In this document: piece by piece, positions 30,284-40,010 of the stretch
Numbering within the stretch: position 1 is the stretch's first letter
Layout: each line of letters opens with the position of its first letter
NCBI GenBank assembly: GCA_963699155.1
Contig: OY969414.1
Span: forward strand, 1,355,757 to 1,419,756
Length of the DNA stretch: 64,000 nucleotides
Origin: an uncultured Chlamydiales bacterium
GTDB lineage: Bacteria; Chlamydiota; Chlamydiia; Chlamydiales; JAAKFR01
Direction of reading: 5' to 3'
The notes under the pieces: model-generated
Seen by the model: only the letters and a program-made list of their open reading frames with translations
The model's database searches: none
Told to the model about the DNA's origin: nothing
Position numbers and translations under genes: made by a program

Positions 30284-33200
30284 TGAGAGGCTGAGAAGTT
30301 GCTATGTAGTGTTCTTTATCATCCCATTCACTCGCTTCCAGATGCATATAGCCTATGGCTGCAGCAGATGTTCCACCTGGCTGATCATCATTGGCATAAT
30401 AGATCCAGTTGTCCTCTACTTGAATCGCAATCCCTCCTTTACGGTGGAGAAAGTCCTCAGTGAGATCTGAAGCATGCAAAGCAGAGAGGGGCTGATGGGT
30501 GAAGGGGATGGGGAATCCGAGGAATGTCTTGGGATTTTGTTCCACTTTTAGAATGCGGACTGCGAGGCAGGCACTTTTTACAAGATCATCCTTATCTCGG
30601 AAATAGCCATTCAACAAAGCAGCCACGATGCGGAGGACAGAGCATTGAGCAAACATCTCAGCCCCCTCAGGAGTCAAAAGAGCAACCTGCTCTTCATACA
30701 TGCGAGAGAGGCGTTCTACAATGTCTCGAGCGATCATCGTTAAGGAGATGGGATCGAGCCCTCGAAAAGCCGCTTTGGTATTGTGGATTTTTTTCTCATC
30801 AACATGTTCTTGAATGAGCTCAATCCCTCCTTTGAGAATCGCTTTAATTACGGGGAGAGGGATCAGTTCGAAAGCCTCCTTAAACAGCTCGACAATCTTA
30901 GAATGAGGAATCTTTTCTGCAATATGAGAAATTACTTCTGAAATAGGTTCCAGAGCGGGTTCAAGAAGGCCCATCATCTCTACAGCTCGATCGCCGACAC
31001 CTTTTTCACCTCTATTGGCAGCGCGTGTCGCCTCTCCGCGAGATCTTTGGAGTAGTTTGAGGGGGCTTTGTTGTAAAAAGAGGACAACTAGGGCGCTCGA
31101 GAGTTGGGTGAGCAACGTGTCGTGGTATACCTGTTGACTGATTTGCCCACTGCCGTCGCTGGAAAGGACCCTCTCTATTTTGGGAAATTTTTCCAGTACT
31201 TCGCGAAATGAGGAGGGAAAATGGTCGACTTCTGCCCAAAAGGCGCCTTCCACTCCATGAAAGAGGGCGGCTATTTCAAAGGGGTTATCGCAGAAAGAGG
31301 CCCACTGCTTGAGATCTTGATGCAGTTCTTTATCTTTCCATTCATAAGTGAAGACTTTTTGTCCAAAGAGCTCAAACATCTCTCTCGATTGATCTCGCTC
31401 TCTCAACTGATCGGCTGTTTGGAATCCGAGATCTTGGACAAAGGGATCGGGAGTATCTTGTACCAACAAGGAATGGGTGGATTCTTCCCATCGATAGGTC
31501 GCTGACCAGTGAAGGGGAAGTCTGCCCCAACCATCAGGTTGATCGACAGGGTAGCCTGCGGCTCTCAAGTCATATACTAGAGCTGTCTTGTTATGGCGAC
31601 AGGCCACATTCAGTAGCGCTGAGGATTGAAGGAAAGCAGGTTTTTTTTCTAGAGGTTTAATCTCGGCTTCATAAAATTCGACGGCTCTCTTTTCCCGAAA
31701 GGCTTGTGTAAAAAGAGGAGAGGGGTCAGCAAGTTCTTGTGCTTTGATCACCCTTTCGCTCCATAAAAAGCGTAAGAAAGGCCATAGCTTTAGCTCCTCT
31801 GCCAACTTAATCGCTGTTTTACCATTCCCATCAGGGAGGCGCACATTGGCTCCATGCCGTACAAGTAACAAAGCGCAAGGGATCGATAGCGCCTCAAGAG
31901 CTAAGTGAAGAGGGGCTTTTTGATCTGTTCGCTGTGCATTGACTGCCTTTTTGAATGTCCAGGAATATAATTTTTGAGAGAAATGGCCCAGCAGGCTTCT
32001 GAGAAGAAGATAATGACCCGAATCGGCAGCAAAATGTAATGCAGACTGCCTCTCAGGATTGGAGGGTTCTAAATCATCGGCAGGTCTCAATACTTTTCGA
32101 AGGATACGATGCTTTTCTATCTCTGGCGCTTCTTCCTCTGCGCTGCAGATATATTCTATAAAGAGACGTAGAGATCGTGCAGGCCTTCCTTCCCATAAAG
32201 GAGGAAGGTAGTCAGGAGAACAGTTCCCTAAGAGAAAAAAAGCAATAGGATAAGCCCCTCTCGTCAGAGCAAATTCAATATGCTTTTGGGAAACACGACC
32301 CTTCTGTTCTGCAAAGTGGCGAATGATGGCAAGGTGACCTCCGGCAATGGCGATAAGAAAGGGGTCTTCGTCAGAATTTAGAGGTCTCTCTTTAGCATCA
32401 GATCTATTCAGCATCTCTTTAACAAACGACTTAGCTAGGCATCTCGTTTCAAGATGCTCTAAGAGCTGAAGATGGCCATGTCTTATGGACAAGAGATAGA
32501 GTTGCCGATAGTCATTGAAATTCCCAGCCAGATGGGCGGGATCGATGAGTTTAAACCACTCCGCTGACCGAGCAAGAAGCTCCACATCCTGGATATGGAG
32601 TCTTATTTTTTGAAGTAAGAGTCGCAGAGTTTCCTGGCTGACAGGATACTGAGAGGCCAATTCTAAATAAGGATGCACTTCTTTTCTATCGTACTTATAG
32701 TCTAAATTACCCTGCACCAGGGGCAGAAGGTATTGGGCAACCACATCACCCCCATAATTCCCCATTTTCAATGCGTTTTCCAGCAAGGCCAACCAGATAT
32801 CGAAAGCCTTTTCTGAGTTTTGTGCATACATCAGTGGATAAAGAGTCGAAATCACCCTCTCCTTCCCTGGACTATCCATCTGCTCTAGGGCAGTTCTCTC
32901 AAGTCCAGTCGTTAAAAATAGATCACAACCGCCGTGAGCAAGTTGACGGATGGTTTCCACATAGGATTTTCTGCAGGCATTGTAAAGGGCGAATCTACCC
33001 CTGTGATTCTTCAAATCACGCACTGTGCTGACCTCTTGCCTCTCAAATAAGAGCTCCACAAGGCGTTTTCCTTCTGCGTCTCCCACTCTATTTTTTGCAG
33101 CATGATGGAGTGGGGTATTCCCCACAGAATCTGGCGTGGAGGCGCTCACTTCTGCTTTTTTCAGTAATTCCGCAGCAATTTCTGTTAAACCAAAGTGGCA

Positions 33201-33653
33201 GGCGAGATGTAGCTGCGTCCAACTTTTCTTCTTGCCATGCTTACTTACCTTTGTGAAAGGGGTTGTCAGAAACAGCCCTCTCCCAATCGCAGCTTGGAGA
33301 AACCGAGTTGCACGGCAGGGGTATGCCGATTGGACATGTTGCTCTCTGATCGGTATTTGAGCGGAAAGAGTGGTGGCAAGGGCATCGTGCTCTTTGATCA
33401 ATTGGAGCAAAACCGTGTCTAAGAGATTTTCTCCCTGGGGGCATTTTTGAATGGCGCGAACTACACCATCAGGCTTGAGCTGCTCAGGGTTAGGTTGTGC
33501 TCTATGCCATGCCACGAAAGAAATTTTCAGATCTTGAAAAAAGGTGCCAGTATGCTTTGCAACCCGTTCTGCGAGAGCGGAGCCGTTGATAATCCCCTCC
33601 CAGTATGATTTGTAATCCTCTGGGTTGGTAGTTGAAGGAATCGGACGCGCCAT
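30255..33653 (-). CDS. Large ankyrin-repeat protein (putative effector)
   Basis: TQLHLACHFG, GNTPLHHAA, SALHFAADSGH, APLHLAL, GANVRLPDGNGKTAI, GRLPLHWSA. Confidence 0.88.
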   Translation of the reverse strand: MARPIPSTTNPEDYKSYWEGIINGSALAERVAKHTGTFFQDLKISFVAWHRAQPNPEQLKPDGVVRAIQKCPQGENLLDTVLLQLIKEHDALATTLSAQIPIREQHVQSAYPCRATRFLQAAIGRGLFLTTPFTKVSKHGKKKSWTQLHLACHFGLTEIAAELLKKAEVSASTPDSVGNTPLHHAAKNRVGDAEGKRLVELLFERQEVSTVRDLKNHRGRFALYNACRKSYVETIRQLAHGGCDLFLTTGLERTALEQMDSPGKERVISTLYPLMYAQNSEKAFDIWLALLENALKMGNYGGDVVAQYLLPLVQGNLDYKYDRKEVHPYLELASQYPVSQETLRLLLQKIRLHIQDVELLARSAEWFKLIDPAHLAGNFNDYRQLYLLSIRHGHLQLLEHLETRCLAKSFVKEMLNRSDAKERPLNSDEDPFLIAIAGGHLAIIRHFAEQKGRVSQKHIEFALTRGAYPIAFFLLGNCSPDYLPPLWEGRPARSLRLFIEYICSAEEEAPEIEKHRILRKVLRPADDLEPSNPERQSALHFAADSGHYLLLRSLLGHFSQKLYSWTFKKAVNAQRTDQKAPLHLALEALSIPCALLLVRHGANVRLPDGNGKTAIKLAEELKLWPFLRFLWSERVIKAQELADPSPLFTQAFREKRAVEFYEAEIKPLEKKPAFLQSSALLNVACRHNKTALVYDLRAAGYPVDQPDGWGRLPLHWSATYRWEESTHSLLVQDTPDPFVQDLGFQTADQLRERDQSREMFELFGQKVFTYEWKDKELHQDLKQWASFCDNPFEIAALFHGVEGAFWAEVDHFPSSFREVLEKFPKIERVLSSDGSGQISQQVYHDTLLTQLSSALVVLFLQQSPLKLLQRSRGEATRAANRGEKGVGDRAVEMMGLLEPALEPISEVISHIAEKIPHSKIVELFKEAFELIPLPVIKAILKGGIELIQEHVDEKKIHNTKAAFRGLDPISLTMIARDIVERLSRMYEEQVALLTPEGAEMFAQCSVLRIVAALLNGYFRDKDDLVKSACLAVRILKVEQNPKTFLGFPIPFTHQPLSALHASDLTEDFLHRKGGIAIQVEDNWIYYANDDQPGGTSAAAIGYMHLEASEWDDKEHYIATSQPLNAIHRLSGL

Positions 33654-33658
33654 ACTGT

Positions 33659-33687
33659 TTACACTCCACTCAGGCGATGTATGGCAT
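33659..33687 (-). repeat. 29-bp direct repeat copy B
   Basis: Minus strand ATGCCATACATCGCCTGAGTGGAGTGTAA; 27/29 identical to copy A. Confidence 0.9.
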
Positions 33688-34057
33688 AGGTGACAACCCC
33701 CCAGACCTGGAAGTCAGAGCCCTCGCTCACCTCGATGACTGGATAGCGGGAATTCTCTGGTGCAAGGAAAATTTTTCCTCCCTCGATTTTGAGTCGCTTC
33801 ACAGTGAACTCTCCATTCAGAAGGGCCACCACGATTTTGCCATGGTGGGCCGTGAGCGCGCGGTCGACAACTAAAACATCTCCTGAATGAAGTCCGGCAT
33901 CCTTCATCGAATCGCCCTCTACCCTTACAAAAAAGGTCGCGGCTGGGTGTTCGATGAGCAGCTCATGGAGATCGAGAGGGCGCTCGATATAATCTTCGGC
34001 AGGGGAGGGGAAACCGGCGGGGACTCCCACTTCATAATAAGGTAGAGTTTTTTGCAT
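33659..34057 (-). CDS. umuD: DNA polymerase V autoproteolytic subunit (S24 peptidase)
   Basis: VPAGFPSPAEDY, RVEGDSM, EFTVKRL, WGVV. Confidence 0.95.
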   Translation of the reverse strand: MQKTLPYYEVGVPAGFPSPAEDYIERPLDLHELLIEHPAATFFVRVEGDSMKDAGLHSGDVLVVDRALTAHHGKIVVALLNGEFTVKRLKIEGGKIFLAPENSRYPVIEVSEGSDFQVWGVVTYAIHRLSGV

Positions 34058-34102
34058 TTTTACCTGATAATGATTTAATCAAAAGGATGATATTTTTCCT
34101 AT

Positions 34103-35047
34103 ATGTTTCTTGGTCTGTTATTTGCAATCAGCGCCTGCTTAATCTGGGGATTGGTCTTTGTCATTCCAATCTACCTTCCCGACTTTTCGGCCATCGAAGT
34201 GGTTTTGGGCCGCTATTTTGTTTATGGGATTTTTTCACTCGTCTTGGCCTCTCGTATCACCCGTCTGCGGAAGTACACAGGGAGGACCTGGATGGTCGCC
34301 TTCCTCTTTGCTCTGGTCTCGAATCTGGTCTACTATCTGGGGCTGGTTGCCGGCCTTAGATTCGCAACACCTACGCTGACGGTGCTGATTGTAGGGATGG
34401 CTCCGATCGTGATTGCTTTCTATGGAAATTGGAAAGAGCGAGAGATCGCCTTTCGCTCACTCGTGCTCCCCTGCCTCCTAATTGGAGTGGGACTGGTTCT
34501 TATCAATGTGATCGGGATCGATTGGAGCTTTCAGGAAAGTAGTTTTGGCAAGTATCTCTTGGGGATGTTAGGCGTCGGTGTGGCGCTCCTCTCTTGGAGC
34601 TGGTATGCGGTCCATAATGCCCGGTTTCTCAAACGCCATCCCCACATTCCTGCCAATGAATGGTCGACCATCTTAGGGGTTGCGACACTGGTTTGGACGC
34701 TGCTTTTTGCCCTTATCTTTTGCACAACAAGCAGCCGTTTCTACGAGATCGATCTTGCGAAACTCTTTACCCTCTCTTCTGCCTCCTTACGCTATTGGGG
34801 AGGCGTCGGCATATTAGGAGCCCTCTGCTCATGGGTCGGCTGCTTCCTCTGGAGCCGCGCGAGCCTCTACCTCCCTGTCTCACTGATGGGGCCTCTGCTT
34901 ATGTTTGAGACACTTTTTGGTCTACTCTTTGTCTTTTTATGCGAAAGGAACACGCTCTCCTTATTGGAAAATAGTGGCATCGTAGCGATTGTGGCAGGTG
35001 TATTGATGTCAGTTTTGGCTTTCCGCAGACAGCGGCTTCAAACGTAG
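34103..35047 (+). CDS. DMT/EamA family transporter
   Basis: About ten TM segments; LIWGLVF..P, GRY, FETLFGL. Confidence 0.85.
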   Translation: MFLGLLFAISACLIWGLVFVIPIYLPDFSAIEVVLGRYFVYGIFSLVLASRITRLRKYTGRTWMVAFLFALVSNLVYYLGLVAGLRFATPTLTVLIVGMAPIVIAFYGNWKEREIAFRSLVLPCLLIGVGLVLINVIGIDWSFQESSFGKYLLGMLGVGVALLSWSWYAVHNARFLKRHPHIPANEWSTILGVATLVWTLLFALIFCTTSSRFYEIDLAKLFTLSSASLRYWGGVGILGALCSWVGCFLWSRASLYLPVSLMGPLLMFETLFGLLFVFLCERNTLSLLENSGIVAIVAGVLMSVLAFRRQRLQT

Positions 35048-35859
35048 TTAAAATCGCTCCACTGACCCAAACTAAAGCGCCTGGGGCCATCTAAGTGGTC
35101 GAGGATCTCTCGATTGTCACCATCCAAAGAAAAGCTGAAGAGATCGAGATTTTCAGCGAGGTGCTCTTTGGAGACAGCTTTGGGGATCACAGAAATATTC
35201 TGCTCGATCAGCCAGCGCAGCAACACTTGGGCTGCAGTTTTGCCCTGTTTCTTTCCAATTTTTTCGAAGAGAGGATCGGTGGTCAAGGCTCCTTTACCGA
35301 GCGAGCGGAAGGCGATCACATGGAGATGGTGCTCTTGACAGAAGTGGAGGAGCTCCTGCTGATTCAGATAGGGATGAAATTCGATCTGGTTGGCAGCGGG
35401 GAAGATCTTTTTCTCAAAGAGATCTTTTAAATGGCGGACCGTGAAGTTGCTCACGCCGACAGCGCGGATCTTTTTGCGATCGATGAGACGAAAAGCCTGT
35501 TCCATGGCTGCAGCAATGTCGTAAGAGCGATCGGGGTAGTGGAGAAGGTAGAGATCGAGATAATCGCTTCCTAGCTCGCGTAAAGTCTGGTCACAGGCTT
35601 GCTCGAGGGTTTGCTCCTGGATCTGAGGCAAGTTGAATTTCGACGTGATAAAGAGCTTTTCTCGATCAAATCCCTTGATCCCTTTTCCGATCTCGGCATG
35701 GTTCTCGTAGATGGTGGCTGTGTCGATATGGCGATAGCCCATTTCAAGAGCGGTGCGGACCACTTCGGTACACTCTTCACCGCGTAAGAGCCAAGTCCCC
35801 AGACCTACCATGGGAAGAAATATTGAAGGGGCGATTTCAATTTCTGGAATTTTTTTCAT
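35038..35859 (-). CDS. Aldo/keto reductase
   Basis: GLGTW, GYRHIDTATIY, YLDLYLLHYP, GVSNF, NQIEFHPY, VIPK. Confidence 0.95.
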   Translation of the reverse strand: MKKIPEIEIAPSIFLPMVGLGTWLLRGEECTEVVRTALEMGYRHIDTATIYENHAEIGKGIKGFDREKLFITSKFNLPQIQEQTLEQACDQTLRELGSDYLDLYLLHYPDRSYDIAAAMEQAFRLIDRKKIRAVGVSNFTVRHLKDLFEKKIFPAANQIEFHPYLNQQELLHFCQEHHLHVIAFRSLGKGALTTDPLFEKIGKKQGKTAAQVLLRWLIEQNISVIPKAVSKEHLAENLDLFSFSLDGDNREILDHLDGPRRFSLGQWSDFNYV

Positions 35860-35870
35860 TGCGAGTAGTA

Positions 35871-37364
35871 TTACCGAAAAGCTCTTTTATAGAAAGGGAC
35901 AAGAGAGGCTAACCCCAGAAAAATCCAGGCGAAAAGATAGTAGATGTCGGCCAGAGCAAGTGTCGATGCATGGTTGACGAGGGTTTGATAGGTTAAAGCA
36001 AAGCTTTCAGATTCCCCACCAGTTAATCCATAAAAGGGGGCCACAAGTTGTTGGAAGAGGGGATTGTTCTCTGCTGTGCGCGCTGTAATTCGTGATTGGT
36101 AGAACGTTTCACGGAAAATCCAGAGCGTGATCGATAGCGAGACTCCATAGCCTACGAAGAGCGTACGGATAAAAGAAAAAACAGAGATATTGGTTGTCAA
36201 ACGCTCGGGAGCCACTCCCTGTACGGTCAGAAGGGAGTTGGGTACAGTAAAGAAGGCAAAGCCGATCCCTTGGATGAGGCGGGGAAATGCTAAATGCCAA
36301 TAAGAGGTGTAGACAGTGAGATGGGAGAGCCAAAAGAAGGTGCAGGCATAGAGCAGAAAACTAAAAAAGACCCAGATGCGTAGGTCGAGAAGGCCGACAA
36401 AGCGGCCCATCAAAGGGTAAAGGATGAGTGGAAAAATGCCCACAGGAGTGAGTGTCAGCCCTGCCCAAGCCGGTGTGTAGCCCAAAATATCTTGCACCCA
36501 CAACGAGTCGAGCACAAAGCTAGAGAAAAGTAGCCCCAGTGCAATGCCAGTCGTGAAAGAGGGAAGAGCAAAATTGCGATTTTTTAAAAGTCTGAGGTCG
36601 ATGAAAGGCTCAGGGTGGTAGAGCTCCCAGATCAAAAAGAGAAGCAGGCAGATGGCGGCGATGATAAAGAGGGTGGTGATGAAGGGAGAGCGAAACCAAT
36701 CGTCGATATTCCATCGGTTCATAGCTATCTGTGGGGCGCCCACCCAGACGGAGAGCAACGCCATGCCGATGAGATCGAGGCGTTGCGTTGTAGGAACCTT
36801 TTTTTCTTCCTTCAAGAGCGCCCAGACTGTAGTGAGGCTGAAGAGGCAGAAGGGAATGTTCAGGAAGAACATCCAGGGCCAATGGTTGTTCGAGAGCCAT
36901 CCGCCCACCATAGGACCCATGGCAGGGCCGACCAAGACAAAGAATCCCCAGAAGCCGACCGCCATGCTCCGTTTTTCCGGGGGAAAGTTGCGGATGATGA
37001 GGGTGAGAGAGACAGGGGTGAGAAAGCCCGAGCCCATACCCTGAACTATGCGCCAGATGAGAAGAACTTCAAACTCTTTTGAGAGACCCACACCAAGTGA
37101 GGCGCACATGAAAGTGAACAGTGCCGCCATAAAGATGCGGTAATCGCTAATACGTCTGGAAAGGTAGCCTGAAATGGCAATGCAGACAGTGCTCGCAGTC
37201 GAGAAGAGGGTGATCATCCAGGTGCCGACGTCTTCGGGTATACCCAGCTCTCCAGAAATCGAGGTAATCGCTACATTGACGATGAATCCATCCAAAGAGG
37301 TCAGAAAGGCAGATATTGCGATGGCAGTCAAGAGAAGATAGAGCTGAAAACCCGTAAGCCTCAT
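35871..37364 (-). CDS. DHA2 family (EmrB-like) MFS efflux permease
   Basis: LDGFIVNVA, RIVQGMGSG, GPAMGPMVGGWL, WMFFLNIP, PFIDLRLLKNRNF. Confidence 0.9.
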   Translation of the reverse strand: MRLTGFQLYLLLTAIAISAFLTSLDGFIVNVAITSISGELGIPEDVGTWMITLFSTASTVCIAISGYLSRRISDYRIFMAALFTFMCASLGVGLSKEFEVLLIWRIVQGMGSGFLTPVSLTLIIRNFPPEKRSMAVGFWGFFVLVGPAMGPMVGGWLSNNHWPWMFFLNIPFCLFSLTTVWALLKEEKKVPTTQRLDLIGMALLSVWVGAPQIAMNRWNIDDWFRSPFITTLFIIAAICLLLFLIWELYHPEPFIDLRLLKNRNFALPSFTTGIALGLLFSSFVLDSLWVQDILGYTPAWAGLTLTPVGIFPLILYPLMGRFVGLLDLRIWVFFSFLLYACTFFWLSHLTVYTSYWHLAFPRLIQGIGFAFFTVPNSLLTVQGVAPERLTTNISVFSFIRTLFVGYGVSLSITLWIFRETFYQSRITARTAENNPLFQQLVAPFYGLTGGESESFALTYQTLVNHASTLALADIYYLFAWIFLGLASLVPFYKRAFR

Positions 37365-37397
37365 CAGATCTCTAACATAACGGAGTATTACATGGCT

Positions 37398-38654
37398 TTA
37401 TATAGAAATCACTAAAGGAGCTGAGAAATTCCCATTGATATCTACGGCGACGATGTAATAGATGTTATGTTTCTTCTTAGAACAAATCTCAAAGATAAGG
37501 GGACCAGAAGCAGGAACTCTCTCCAATTCTTGTGTTAAACCAGCGTCAGCAAACACAATATAGAATGCCGGTGTTGTACCAAACGTTGGGGGGCTCCAGG
37601 TCAATGTATTCTCGTAGCAGACCTGAGTTAGGAATTCATCTACCTTTTGGGATGCACTGCCGTTCGTGGGAGATTGAATCGCAATGAAGAAAGCTATTCC
37701 AAAAGGGTTCGAACCTACAGGAATTGTGGCCACAACATCATTGGTGGCCGTATTGACTGCACTGACCGTGTTGCTGCCCCTATTGGGAAAATAGACAAAT
37801 GGATCAGGAGTAATAGCGATTCCCGCAGGTCCAAAGCCAACATTTGTAGTAATCGTATCGGTAACCATGTTTGTAGAGGTATTGATGACTGAAATGGAGC
37901 CGATGCCGATATTATTATAATTAGTCACATAAGCAAACTGTCCATCCGGAGTAATGGCAACAGCTACTGGAGAGGTACCGACAGGAATAGCTGTACCCAC
38001 AACCATATTGGTAGTTGTGTCGATCACAGAGACGGTACCACTGCCGCCGCCGTTGTAGTTGGGTACATAAGCAAATTGACCATTGGGAGTAATGGCTAAC
38101 TCAAAGGGTGTAGAGAATTGTGTAGATGAAATTGTATCTACCACCATATTGCTTGCTGTACTGATCACAGAAACTGAATTGGCACCGGAGTTAGTCACAT
38201 AGACAAATTGTCCATTGGGGGTAATAGCAACACCAACGGGGTTGGTACTGACAGGAATGGTGTTGACAAAGTTGTTAGAAAGATTGATCACGGAAACAGT
38301 GGCACTATTGTAATTGGCTACATAGGCATATTGATTGTTTGGGGTAAAAGCAATTCCCCATGGCCCGCTTCCAACCCCTATGGAGCCCACAACTTGATTT
38401 GTAGCTGTCTGGATTACAGAAAGCGTGTTTCCACCAAGGTTAGACACAAAAGCATACTGTCCATTGGGTGAAACCGCTACATATACAGGGTCAGAACCTA
38501 TACCTGTGGTAATTGTGTCGGTGACTGTATTGGTGGTCATATCAATCACAGACACCGACGACGCACCAAAATTGGTCACATAAGCATAATTGGTTGCGAA
38601 AGCTTGTGAGAAGCAAAAGGTAAGCAGAAGAACAGTCATCCATATTCTTTTCAT
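37398..38654 (-). CDS. Secreted YVTN/YncE beta-propeller protein
   Basis: Signal peptide; repeated AYVTN..SVSVIDT / P..VAITP.GQ blades. Confidence 0.9.
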   Translation of the reverse strand: MKRIWMTVLLLTFCFSQAFATNYAYVTNFGASSVSVIDMTTNTVTDTITTGIGSDPVYVAVSPNGQYAFVSNLGGNTLSVIQTATNQVVGSIGVGSGPWGIAFTPNNQYAYVANYNSATVSVINLSNNFVNTIPVSTNPVGVAITPNGQFVYVTNSGANSVSVISTASNMVVDTISSTQFSTPFELAITPNGQFAYVPNYNGGGSGTVSVIDTTTNMVVGTAIPVGTSPVAVAITPDGQFAYVTNYNNIGIGSISVINTSTNMVTDTITTNVGFGPAGIAITPDPFVYFPNRGSNTVSAVNTATNDVVATIPVGSNPFGIAFFIAIQSPTNGSASQKVDEFLTQVCYENTLTWSPPTFGTTPAFYIVFADAGLTQELERVPASGPLIFEICSKKKHNIYYIVAVDINGNFSAPLVISI

Positions 38655-38742
38655 TGCTAGGGTTCCTTATTTTAAGAAAAGGTAAATAGTAAATTTTTTT
38701 GGACCAACTCTCAAGAAAAATCTCTATTTAAGGTTGCACAAA

Positions 38743-39864
38743 CTAGAGATATAGAGATTTTAGGAAGTTTTCTGCTCGGAGCAAGTGGATATGAGCCTCG
38801 ACTCTTTCTCTCTTTAACTCCTTCACAACTTGGCATGCGGGGAGCTGATATTTCTCATGAAAGTAGCATAGGTGGGGACTGATGTGGTTATCTGAGACTT
38901 TCGCTTCGATGATCTGCTTGATCTGTTGGTTAGAAACTATGGCGAAGTCGACCTCATGTTTATCTTTGGTGGCGAGATAGTGGAGAGAACACTCTTCTGC
39001 TTCATAATCAGTTTTCGCGAATAGATGTTTGAGAAGGCAGAGGGCCATGAGGTTTTCAAATTGAGCTCCCGTATCCCCCTTCACAAGTCCCACATCGAAG
39101 AAATAGATTTTTGGTTCTTTAAGTAGACTTCGCGCAATATTATGGCCGAAAGGTGTGATGCGAAAAACAATATAGAGCGCTTCGAGTATTTGGATATACT
39201 TTTTAACAGTATTGGGTGAAATGGCAGCATCTTCTGCGATGGAAGTGTAGGAAATAGGCGATCCTATTCTCGAACGGAGCAGTTCAAATACGATGCGTAT
39301 CGCATTTAAGTTTTGGATCTTGTCAAAATCGAGCACATCCTCTCTCAATAAACTATCGATATATTGCAACCGCCAGCGGTTGGCATCGATCAGCTCTTCG
39401 GCCAGGAAGGGTTCTGGAAAGCCACCCCTCTCAATAAAACGATCTAGGGGATAATGGAGATTTAACTTTTCGCATTCTGCAGGTGAGAGTGGCATGAGAC
39501 GATGGAGGAAATAGCGGCCTGCTAATGAATCTCCCACGCGATTAAAAATTTCGAGTCGAGCACTTCCCGTTACCAAGATTTTCTGGTGGGTCGGTTTAGT
39601 ATCATAGATGCCTTTCAGGAAATTCTTCCATCTGGGCATCTTGTGAATCTCATCAAGGATCAGCAATTCGGTCGAAGGGATCCAAGCCTCCTTCAAAAGA
39701 ATCTTCCTATCTTCAGCCCGGTCATAATTGAGATAGAGGGATGATTTAAACTCCTCAGCGATCTGCTTGGCCAAAGTGGTCTTACCTGCCTGTCTCGGCC
39801 CTGCCAAAAGCACCATTTTCTTTCGAAGGTCTTTGACGATCGCCTGCTTCTGATACCGTTCCAT
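38743..39864 (-). CDS. AAA_14 ATPase with DUF4143 C-terminus
   Basis: GPRQAGKTT, LDEIHK, TGSARL, GGFPEPF, KIYFFDVG, EVDF..IEAK; likely ATG 39864. Confidence 0.9.
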   Translation of the reverse strand: MERYQKQAIVKDLRKKMVLLAGPRQAGKTTLAKQIAEEFKSSLYLNYDRAEDRKILLKEAWIPSTELLILDEIHKMPRWKNFLKGIYDTKPTHQKILVTGSARLEIFNRVGDSLAGRYFLHRLMPLSPAECEKLNLHYPLDRFIERGGFPEPFLAEELIDANRWRLQYIDSLLREDVLDFDKIQNLNAIRIVFELLRSRIGSPISYTSIAEDAAISPNTVKKYIQILEALYIVFRITPFGHNIARSLLKEPKIYFFDVGLVKGDTGAQFENLMALCLLKHLFAKTDYEAEECSLHYLATKDKHEVDFAIVSNQQIKQIIEAKVSDNHISPHLCYFHEKYQLPACQVVKELKRERVEAHIHLLRAENFLKSLYL

Positions 39865-40010
39865 ACTGACTATTTTGCATGCCATTGCGGAAAAATCAAG
39901 ACTTTTTCGCAACAGCTTGCAGAAAAGTCAATCGCCTCTCAGTGTTCTCTGCCGCCCTTTCGAAAAACCATCAAATGTTTTTATGAAGCCCACTCGGTGT
40001 AGCGGGGGGG

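Noticed and set aside
34058..34102. LexA/SOS box upstream of umuD
   Set aside because: No CTGT-N8-ACAG or GAAC-N4-GTTC motif visible, so damage inducibility cannot be claimed from sequence.
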